Virus record (IMG/VR): IMGVR_UViG_3300025769_000068
Origin: a virus
Length of the DNA: 64,000 nucleotides
Direction: 5' to 3' (one strand)
The translations under genes and the position numbers were made by a program. The notes below the pieces were generated by a model that was not told where the DNA came from, did no database searches, and worked only from the letters and a program-made list of their open reading frames with translations. Below, in pieces: positions 48,401 through 56,500 of the stretch. Within the stretch, counting starts at the first letter, position 1. Each line of letters starts with the position of its first letter.

Positions 48401-50528
48401 AACTGAAAAAACTTATTACGAAACTGGCCCAAGTAAAAAATTAGTAGTTAGAAATGATGTTGATCCACTGTTTTATCCCAAATACCAAAAAACAGGAAGA
48501 AGTTTAGATGTAAATGATGTTCGTGTGTATGATACTTTTTCAGTTTCTTCTGGAGTTTCTAGTTCCCAACGTAGTAAACCAAGTAGAATAAATGGCATTG
48601 CTAATATTAATGACCCGTCTCCATTCGTAGTATATAGAGATTATCCAGAAGATTTTAATAGTGTAAATAAAACATTAGATTTTGGAATGGAAGAATTTGA
48701 GCAAAGATTTGTAGTATCTCTTTTTGATCCTGAAGCCAGAAATGTTATGACAAGAGAAGTTTTCTGTTTGCCAACAGACGGTGGTTTTGGATACTCTCAA
48801 AACAGAGAACAGTCTGAAAGTGCTACATTAAATCCAATTAGCTCCTTGTCAACTAACCCGTCTTCTTTCTCTTTTAGTTCTAGTGATGATACTAAATTTT
48901 CTTTTTCGGAGGATAATTCAGATTTCTTGGGTCCAGTAAATGTATATAGATCATCGTTTCTTAATGACGGGGCAAATGCAAGTACAATTCCCGTTGGGGT
49001 TGACGTAGGAGACACATCAATAGACGGTGATTTTTATGCATACAGTTATCATTTATATGGAAGATTTCCAACCATCGTTGTTAAAAATTATACCAACAAC
49101 GCCACCCACGCAACGATTGAGCCGGATGGAATCTTAGCAGGACATAAACTATCTTTAAAACAACTTAATCCAAATAATTGGAGTGCAAAGCCTTTACTAT
49201 TAGCTGTATCTTCTTTAGAGAGTGTTAAGATTTATTTGATAGATGGAACTAAATTCCTTACACCAATTTTGTTAAAAGGAGGAATTGATTTTGAAAATCC
49301 ATATCTTAACTTTATTAAAGAAAAAGGGTTTTTACCAGATGATAGAAATGCTAATTACTCTAAGCCGGAAAGTTTTATATCCCCCGTTGGATCTAATCGT
49401 AATAACGTTGTACAATCTCAAGATTCTGATAGAACAATAAGGCTACAACCAGACGAAGACTTAGTTAGAGATATTACTATTAGTTGGCACAATGTAGTTA
49501 AGTCCACTGCTTATAATATCATAGGTCGCGGAAAAGGTAATTATAACAAAAAAATGTACAAACATATACTAATTCCTAGACTTAACACAGCCGTAGAAGA
49601 ATCTATAATAGATAGATCACAAAGATCAATAATTGATAATGTATATCCCACTGTTAATGATAATCAAGTAAGCCGCCTGTTAAGTCTTGCAAAGGTGCAA
49701 AATTTGAATAATATATTTGATCTTAATAACATATCTGATCCAGCATTTTATAGTGAAAATAGTGTATTGTCTATTAAGATTAGCAATGCGGTCGCAGGAG
49801 AAAGTTTTGATATTGAATGGTGGCATAAGGGCGCAATAGTTAGAAATAGAAAACAAGCGTTAGCTGATAAAAATGGCGTTTTAACAGACACGTTTGCGGG
49901 TGCTGGTCAGTGGGTTAACCATGTTAATCAATATGGCATGATATTCATGGGTGTAAATAGTATCCCTGTGCTTTCTGGAGAGGTTAAAGTTGTGGTTAGA
50001 AGAAGTAATATTTCGTCTCAAGTTGATTATATTCTTTCTACTAGACTTCCTCAAAAACGCCAAAGTGATAATATGCGAAACAGTTTTATAGATTCAGCAG
50101 AATTAAGAGACAATGGCTATAGCAATAGCTTTATTCAAAGTTTAAGGGGTACTAGTTTCCAAGGGCCAGTTTCTTTAATTGCTGATGTAGACCAAGAATC
50201 TAACGTTCTTATAAATGAATTTAGACGCGATTCCACAAAGAGCAATTCATTTATAGAAGCTTTTGCTGGAGAAAATTATGGCTGGGACAATGTTGTTCTT
50301 AGGACTACAGATGGTGGCGTTGGCCCTAAGCCTGCGGATTTAATATTAGATTACAATGCACAATATACTAGCGCAGCTATTTCATTACAACAAGATTTTA
50401 TTACTGTGCCATCTATAACAACTGCTACTTTAACTTCTGACACAATTGTTGGTGGTGGAAGTATTACTCCTGACGACACTTATGACGGTGGCGGGGGTGG
50501 CGGTGGTGGCGGTGGAGGAGGATACTAA
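39456..50528 (+). CDS. giant 3690-aa putative virion adhesin (beta-propeller-like repeats, poly-Thr linkers)
   Basis: uninterrupted ORF; FG.(A/S)VS(I/L)S.DG..(L/V)A(V/I) repeats; about 10 Thr tracts; poly-Gly C-terminus. Confidence 0.8.
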   Translation: MAYNFTDKYPDIADVDLILSHQLVEQIFRLHSTQFEGSRAVIVDDEVEFEMVNTIPDSLRAISNSRILVRYVWTPDETTSERFTYDLAEMELPPIVPHSFSSFAMNPENEYKFSTPLVATAIDGSSQYLRHGYGYYRFEFAFLGGTSVGSSSPARGDLSDYISTDFFKVEDGFEKSNFQLEQAEYPYPTTTTTTLSPIVSYPAPVILNVGTLEFTQFNVLHSKLLDGTEDYKGADIIKGKSEAGVVSEYYYDNDIKSEKVIGILTPQENECDFLRNPNSDDNSTYLRSAQDFTSTEFYLHAKIPDFSRVLSKIKEQSFPNANIYVDVEANTHEDATFRKIETYTININNAPNVEEKFFTLRLDHIINHESLIFNEVSFRLLLRDEESFLVDSFYSNDFSSNKLCNAGFFGEVTTTTTTSTTTTTTTTAAPTPIDSVTFSQAGNDLIPYLPVGSEPNIGKFGFAVSINSVGNIVAVSNPYHNGFNQGDEKHGSVHVYMWNGFDWYPFGEFFGNQSTTFGKSITLSADGFLLAISDENYVRIYRYDTEINTWVVLNSIEVEEQGGNKHVDVLHVEFDVSEGSTLAVSYSVEDSSTYPRQSVSKLSIYRDNGEGYSKLIDNFTNELSTSISDINNIFVCSNSINQIDTNLENNFRQLGNTFNFKAYDTASDIDGNIVAFLLPQNQAVDGWPFPHGGLLAIKAFRRINVRYEQLGSDILIDTTDNYLRNNPNLELVGARGKIQSSDLIKISEEGLFLIVRTLHSTDQTQAGKFGSISVYQYDEGIRDWVVSKNVIRLDDSEDYTGLNFGQSFDMTNSANVIVAGSNNTVDGQQGICRVYTKNGFRIPVVFNVPGIFPEHMPTTTTTTTPVPTTTTTTTTTTTTTTTTTVAPVRTITFLPARSIKTVNTLISGADVTGGIVPAYAPFSRVIPQHFLDKVREGNVTPRIYSTHGQHYYYQDDVNLHVVTHGATRYVAGMPHGYKWIDDPTKDYIYGRFDGHLNNKYHWYGVGQRDQSIKGNAGYRGVKTRNFDFYSQEREAFFFHRENDVTYMGLAYPEALKPDGSPNTVMTQPQGAYGGRYGLGQSGFYGAGQGSEYWQTRVETLDFNGRLVDIFCGYSLEFTLDPNQLGVFIFIWRTGTDSNGVTSVMHGNIADGFWVFSYKATEAQRNALRNTIPENFPTTSFGDYFATFDYEPTTTPPPVLEIPTQAITTTTAPAVPIEEECNLLSYKTPTDLIEQDSSSETYNEIVSVRGLSSGAYRVFEIGADNQFKSDFNRNSGGTDESHYRFRQISSSFQLNAPIVGYSSSPRFKLTGFAIDSKYKTYFNEVYERKWDADTGRGLARNESGYPQPAKVHYWTDKNGVRQSRKGNDIEFLEGELVEYRNESKISPLYTSSFSRKSLSTAGWNSVPYGTYRILQTNILAYGAHKLLRNVHDNGGGYISAQQGNRTIPRTADGFARTDGEYFFLFTFCNSDEVPEGYHGDWPRDLSNLPTITTTTTTRAPTPIDPAAPVSEYTAINGIEPFDRFRADSLITQDYKGINRNTRESDIISTDGNGIHYEFNNIAMSNDGEFIAFTHGFDNHGSFQNSQSSFTTNISVLKRGKYFDLETKTYNSIPRDNNGNLIPKTSELQYGYYQNIVLEGADKDFANLQIENDHPYVKLTFNDNNNDARLYELANDDFITLADGSQYFVPTFKRKEPDNYILHYSVNGAASPINIPRNQAHVFQRNGSLQLTNHYQGGMSRKSMLVRQGLAPIDVAGKTEPNDLIKLHILDITSDKLSVYGPYGMLFPVYSINHPLIRLAAGKLSVGVGNFGYIPYLPSTSLYPTHFGAHDRTYSGEVSAISANGKVIAISHDNYKAFTKDYLKSDIRGKRVVVYEWGIDAQKPLAKPSDGRDDMSGNLQPRWLLITHQIQLRHPDMDSGEISPYLDEAFTVSRPYTVRVIASKLSHDGKRLVIAYSATTEVDGEERTAQTIRVYDRVVHWVGDPVTGFDNYKSRSDVADDEVPIEMAGWAQNVNYISNDEKLGGGLDIKGKGNIIDVEISKDGSVIAMCFGANSQSPTTTDKGSVRVIKLQQTYSLPTELPTSYLDERAVDILQLPKQNKWVTTFEQFGVNIFPRLRNQSGQIISDGAEERFGMSISMSANGSLLAVGASAVLNKKIFPTDNSVRRVPNELFVYDLSSFNDTAPPVLAPEETQPDATTTSTTTTTTSTTPPPTAITTTTTTTTTTTTTIAPVTNNPKCLPAVSYWKTVNLQAQPAEDPNTPGHNKSQVNHQKEIFVINPDAPVPNTNRVNYVEGLLYAEPHGIQAHDRIIPGYDFYVYPNNAYTIYSDARVTNYYFKDNPFIHITASRIDEHEFPGAGLQKYFSGIITLFLREGYDTWDGESFLIFSTKRVVGTNPNYINGKDVALLGVAEANAQGFNCASLNQKNEVCLDYDIDVGVETVGSQRYYTFNGLSSLNHKFKLRNGVYRFRNVSRSHPIGFYPVDQPQGFIDWAVLYANDNTFALSSNVNFSYDLDSTKHSPIHVKKNIQGFDVAYAATIWNPNRDPYTIVLNVADDFGTASYECYNHGFMGGAANLVYDSSCPAFVEPEPARVPAITTTTTTTTRSPIVFQEDPIFDIPPLPEGYDNWEHWFNDQATTTTTTTVEPIVVVEPVQPRVIVTTTPKPYVPVLTMPSGPTCTPYGIVLKNKTDQEIQNRVRSNLNVGYKDYKQGLINTDVQDWKSYSWLPDARPWGMKFINSSADVIFDNNMNIIGHNDALPEYWTDYFVGSPNGISGNTYLSLAAPNILREKDVYEIYLLEISEDSPITDYDFRDNPHIELIPLDKTKTRKNSVPYFISTKSYLFDARNSVRDNASYSPYISTDPNADTRCDYYWGNVILRIKKEANNYYNQIDIPAYDKRISREIRIQRGFFSILSQWMEVVRFYINQGSCSRRHVAGTYLSDYIVKQKQSIATTQNSLLSDTYRRVKINALSNLYLDSDTKNVRTEKTYYETGPSKKLVVRNDVDPLFYPKYQKTGRSLDVNDVRVYDTFSVSSGVSSSQRSKPSRINGIANINDPSPFVVYRDYPEDFNSVNKTLDFGMEEFEQRFVVSLFDPEARNVMTREVFCLPTDGGFGYSQNREQSESATLNPISSLSTNPSSFSFSSSDDTKFSFSEDNSDFLGPVNVYRSSFLNDGANASTIPVGVDVGDTSIDGDFYAYSYHLYGRFPTIVVKNYTNNATHATIEPDGILAGHKLSLKQLNPNNWSAKPLLLAVSSLESVKIYLIDGTKFLTPILLKGGIDFENPYLNFIKEKGFLPDDRNANYSKPESFISPVGSNRNNVVQSQDSDRTIRLQPDEDLVRDITISWHNVVKSTAYNIIGRGKGNYNKKMYKHILIPRLNTAVEESIIDRSQRSIIDNVYPTVNDNQVSRLLSLAKVQNLNNIFDLNNISDPAFYSENSVLSIKISNAVAGESFDIEWWHKGAIVRNRKQALADKNGVLTDTFAGAGQWVNHVNQYGMIFMGVNSIPVLSGEVKVVVRRSNISSQVDYILSTRLPQKRQSDNMRNSFIDSAELRDNGYSNSFIQSLRGTSFQGPVSLIADVDQESNVLINEFRRDSTKSNSFIEAFAGENYGWDNVVLRTTDGGVGPKPADLILDYNAQYTSAAISLQQDFITVPSITTATLTSDTIVGGGSITPDDTYDGGGGGGGGGGGGY

Positions 50529-53500
50529 TGGTTGTTAATTATAATAAACTATTTGATGATGGAAAATACCAAAATATCACAATAGATCAAGGTGTGCAGG
50601 GAGATGCATTTGAAATGCCCACTCTTGATGATTTTAAGATGAGACTTTTAAAATCTGAATCTTATGTTATATTATATGATTTTCATTCACTTCCAATTAA
50701 TTTGGGAGTTTCTCAGGCAGCGTCGTCATCAGCTCCTCAACTTGTAAAAATGAGAAGACATGTCACTAACCCTATTGACACTACTGCGTCTATGAATAGG
50801 TATAGTCGTCCCTGTCAAATACCACCTGAACCAGAAGAGTTTGGGGACGCATTTGGTAAATCGGGTAAAGATTGTGAACAAGCAACTAGAATATACAATG
50901 GAGGTGGAAAGCTTAATGGTTCATATAGAGATAAAAATGGAAGCTTTAAAGACTTTAGCTTTAAAGTATATGCAAGTTCCATGCTTTTAAAAAGAAGAAC
51001 AGCGCAATTGTCAAATCCATATCCAGTATATAAAACAGGTTCTGCCAATAGTGTAATAGAGTCGTGGAAACGAGCTAATAAATTCGTAACTGCTAACAAC
51101 CCACGTACTGATGTTTCTAGTTTAAGTAAATCATCAGAGGCGTACAAAAGATATGCCGCTACAGGAGAATACGCAACAGCAAGAAGAATTACATTCAACA
51201 TGGATGATCCAAGATTTTCTACAGAACCAACGAAACACACCACCACAGTACGAGCGCAGCTTTCTGAAGGATTGTCGGCAAAAGGTTATCCAGCTTTCAC
51301 TGGTCCTATATTATGGAAAGTTATTTATGGCACAGGACCAACCTTTGGAGCTGGAACAATAAATGACAAAGATATGTTAGTGGAAGGTAGGAACATGATA
51401 GTTGGCGGTTCTTACGCTATGATAAAAAAATCAGATTACGATGCACTTATAAGAACGAGGAGGGATCTTGGACTCTCAATAGAGAGATTTAAAAAAAGCG
51501 GACTTTTTACTGAGTTTGAAGTAGAATATGATTTACCTGACTTGTGGGAGTGTAAGTTTAAGTTAACTAAAAATAACGGTCAACGAATTCATGATGGTCG
51601 TTTCGACGTAACAGATAAAGATATACAAGCTATACCATATTCATATGATACCATACCTTCTACTGCTTTCTATAAACCTCCTAAAGATAGTGACATTGTT
51701 TCTCTTGGGGGCGGTAAGTATGGCACTGCGGCATCAAGTAGAATTCCTGACACGCTTACAAAAATTGTCACAGGAGATGCTGATTTTGTAGAACTTCCAG
51801 ATAGAGGCAGAGCAGTTTATTGGCAACATTACTATAAGTTTAATGGAGATGGAGAATTTGCTGGTGTTAATCCCAATAATGTTGAAAAGTTTTGGGACAA
51901 TGGAGGAACCTATCAAACAACAAGACCCGGATATCAGACTGTGTACGAAACAGAAAAATTTGACTACGGTAAATATGTTTCTCAGATACCTAGATTATAT
52001 TATCAAGCTTCTAAATCTCCCAGCGAATCAATATACTTTAAAAACCCAAGTTTTCCTAGACCCGTACAGGCTAATGGTGTTCAGTTTGTTTTCAACCCTA
52101 AGCAAATAGAGAATGGCGATAACGAAGTTACTGCGATTAATTATATAGATCCTAATTTTGCAACGTCTTCTTTTTTTGGTAGACCTAAGAAAAAGGGTGT
52201 AGTTAAATTTTCTACTTATGATGTTGGAGAATTCACTCTTGAAATTGTTCAAGCTAATAAAATTAGCACCACGGCAAATGCTCCAAACCAACAATTTAAA
52301 GCTTATAAACTAAAAACAGCAGGGGTTGATAAACAACACAGAGGTTTGAAATCAGATTTTGATACCGTGCTAGAAAGGTGGAGCAATAAAAAGTATAGTC
52401 AAAAAATTACTTTTACTGATAAAACCGGAAAACCTGATAAGTTAGTTTTAAAGCAAGCTAATATACAAAACATACCCGGAGTTGTTAATGATTTTACTTC
52501 GCAATGGTCTCAAGACTATTCTTTTGGAGCCACGAGTCGTGACTTATCTAGCAATGACTCTGTTGGTCAATTGGCTATACAAGGTACAACGAACATATCT
52601 ACACATGTCTACAACGAGTGGTATGATCGTTATGGTAATTTACTTGGAGTTAGTCCTCAGTACAATGAAATTGCGCTTAAGGGCATAACTCAACTTGCCG
52701 CAACAAACAATAGTAGACGAGAATATGAGCTGATTGAATATGAAGTTAAAGCACCATCTGCCTCTCAAGCTGGATTGCCTTATGGCTCTACTGACATACG
52801 GGTAGCCGCACCTAATCATACATTCTTTTACGAAGTTAGATATATAGTACAAGGGTCACGATCAAAAGCAGTAGAATTAAAAAACTCAGGTGGATCTGCC
52901 ACAAAAAGAAATTCTTATTTTGGAAAGTACTTTACTCCAGTTGCAGGTGATAGCTCTGGTGGAAATTTATCAAATGACTCTACGCTACCAGCTGGACAGC
53001 AACTTCCAAGTCGTCTAGATCCAACAGTATACGATGCGGTTCCTTATGTAGAATTTAATGAAGATGGAACCAAGCTGCTGATAGCTCAAAAAGCAATTGG
53101 AAAGTTTTCTTACATAGAGAAGGAAAGAGATAGAGATTATAGAAAAGGATATTTAAAAATAATAGATAGGGTTTCTACAGAAGGTGCAGATAATAAAGTT
53201 CGTATTTCTTTTGATGTAGATCCTACTGGGCAAAAAAGCACGTATGAAACTGCGTTCTTCAATGATTTGGAAATTACCGCTAAAAAAGACCGTTATATGT
53301 ATAAAGGGTTTCAAGACGGTAAGTTTGGTTTAAGCAAGGACGGCGCATTTATAGCTTGCTATTTCACTGATGGTGATAGAAATAATCTTAATAGATATCC
53401 ACCTAGATTATTTTTATATAAAAATATGAATGCAGAAACAGAAGATAAAGAATATAAATCTGCTAATGAAGGTGGGTATTTTAGCCCCTCGGTAGTACAA

Positions 53501-56500
53501 AATAATGTTCCATTCAATGTTCCTTTAAATCCTAATACTAATGAATATACTTATAATGCTCAGGAAAATTTAGATTTTCTTGTAGAAGAAAGGCCGTTCG
53601 ATGGCTTGAGCGTTGCTGATCCAAAAGATGAGTTAACATGTATTCCTTACTGGAGACCGGAGTTCTTATATCCCAACAGAAACCAGCATTTGTATGTAAG
53701 ATATCCATTTGGCGACCTTGACCAATCTTCTACCGAACTGCCAAGGTATATGAATGAACTTCGTGCAGATTATCCACTGGCTAAAAAAGCTATACTATCA
53801 CAGATTAATGTTATTGGGTATAATCCGTATGATACTTCAACGAACAATATTCATAAAGACAGTGGGTATTGGCGGCTCGCAGCAATTCAAGATAATGTTT
53901 TCTTTGAAAATGGCGATAACGAGCCACTAACCACGGATCGTACACTAAGTGGATCTTTGGGTTGTATCAGCGTTCAAATGCGTATTGATGAAGGAAATCC
54001 AAATTCTCTTACTGGAATAGGCGAAGAAACACTTGTGTTAGACACTAAAACTACCTCTGGATGGAATCCGGGTACATATAACAGTAGAACTATAGATTAT
54101 AATTATAGACCATATTTTTCTTTCGTTGGATCACTACGAGCGTTGAGTACAAGTAATGATTTTGCAAGCCAGTATACCGAATATGATTCATCACAATCAT
54201 ACCGAACGGGAAAGTTTACAGGGCAATATGGGTTTGGTCGAGTACCCATATATGATTTTACTGATGCTGTCGAAAGTTTTATAGTTCGTACCAAGTCTGA
54301 CACTGGACTTTCAATTGGCGTAGGAACTCACAAATTTATTAATATACCTTACAGATATCCTGTCACCTTTTTAGTTGATGACATAAAAGGTGTTTCAATA
54401 CAAACTTTGAAGGACGAGACCTTTAACGAGTCAGAGTATAAAGAGTCAACTAAAATAGTAAGAGACAGATTTGGAGATACTGATTACACTGAAACTCTTG
54501 ATTTGCGTTATACATATGTTAGTCCAAAAACAGGGCAAATTAAGAAAAAAGATTATTACAGTGGATCATTAATTTTAAAGATAACTCCTGAATATTTTGA
54601 CAATGCTAATAATCCACCCATAGTAATGGTGACTATGAAAAGGTTGGTGACTACGAATGGAAAGTCGTATGACCTTACTCCTGAACCAGTTAATATTTAT
54701 CCTGTAGAAACTTGTGATTCTTCTTTGCTTAAAGCTCATATACTTCCAGATGGCACAACGCTATATGGCACTACCACCACCACCACTACCACCACCACAA
54801 CTACTATACCGCCGGGAGAACCTAATTTTCACTTTGATAGATTTTATGTTAAGAGAAAAGACGATAGGTTTATAGAGGAGGAGATAACGCCTTTTACTCT
54901 TTCGTATTCAGATTATACCACTATAGCCCAAGAGTATCTTTTGCCGTCTAGACCGCCCACTTATGAAGAACTTAGAAATAGTTCTCAAGCAGGAAAAAGA
55001 TATAGAAAAATATCAATAGATTCCGGTGCTAGATTTAGTCAAATTAAGTTAAATGATAGCGGTAATCTATTAATATTTAAAAATAAATTTATAGATGATC
55101 GTACAGCTTTAGGAGACCTTGGAGCATTAAAGACGGGGGTTGGCCTACAGGGTAGAACAGATTTTTCTTTTAGTTATAGTCAGCTTCAAGACGCTGGTGG
55201 AGGTAATCGTCAGTATGGACTCTACACTGATAAAGCTTTAAAAAGTTTTGCTGGTTATGATCGCACAAAACCAAATGACCCCTTACCAACAAACGCACAC
55301 GTTTTCTTTGGAAGAACAAATGATAATTTTGATGAAAATGATATTAACGACTTTGTTATAAATGACAGTGGTAACACATTACTATACAGTCCAAGCGAAG
55401 GTTCATACAAGGGTAATCTTTTACACGGTGTGGCTGATTTTGATTCTACATCTATAAATAACAGTGACGCTTTGTATGAATTGTCGGGAGGAGAGAAAAG
55501 TGTTGCTAAACAAATAAAAAATGCTTATGGAGAAAAAATTAAAAAGTTTTCTTTATCAAAAGATAACAATGTTCTTGCAATAATTCAAGAAAATAGCCAA
55601 TTTTTACAACACGCAAGTCAAAGCATTCTTAGAGGCAGTGCATTTGGTTTTGGTAATGCAACGCAAATTTATCCAACAACGGGAACCTATCCACACAACA
55701 AGCCGGAAAGTTTTTCAAATATATTAGTTTTTGATAGAACTGGCGATAACAATTGGGCTATTCGTAATAGTCGATCATTATCAACTACTTGGGAAATTCC
55801 AATTGGAAAGCCTGAAAGCGTAGCATTTCAAGCATATGAAGATATAAGAATAAACAAGGATGGAACTATAATAGCAGGATTAAGATATGAAAATAATTCT
55901 GCGGTTCCATCAATAAATCTTAGCACGAAACGCCAAGACGGAAATACAAACATATACTATAATAGCTCAAAAGCTTTTGGGTCTAATTTAAATCTATCCG
56001 TTGATGGTGGTTCAGATTTTCAATATAAAAATGGATTTTATATAGATGTTTGGAAGTATAATTCTGGAGACAAAAGATGGGATATGCTTGGCGCTAAAAA
56101 TGTTGGAGGCTTAATAAATGAGCTAAGATATTTTACTAGTGGTGATAAACACTCGATACGATTAACCAACAATGAAACTGCTATCAGTAGAGATTATCAA
56201 GATATTAATTATGAAATAAATCATGAAGGCAATGTTTTAGCTCTCACATACAGAGATAAGAATATTGGTAAATATCATTTTCAACAAATATATGCTTACA
56301 ACGAATCTAAGGATGAGTGGATTAAAACTTTCTCACGAGACAGTAGAGATTCTATTGCACAAACAATTCAACATTTTAATATTATAAATTCATCATCCTA
56401 TACTGAAGACGTAAAAGATAATGCTGGTAATATAGTATATGATCCTAATAAGAATTTTTGTTATTTACACAATAGGGTTGATATAAATAACAGTGGTAAT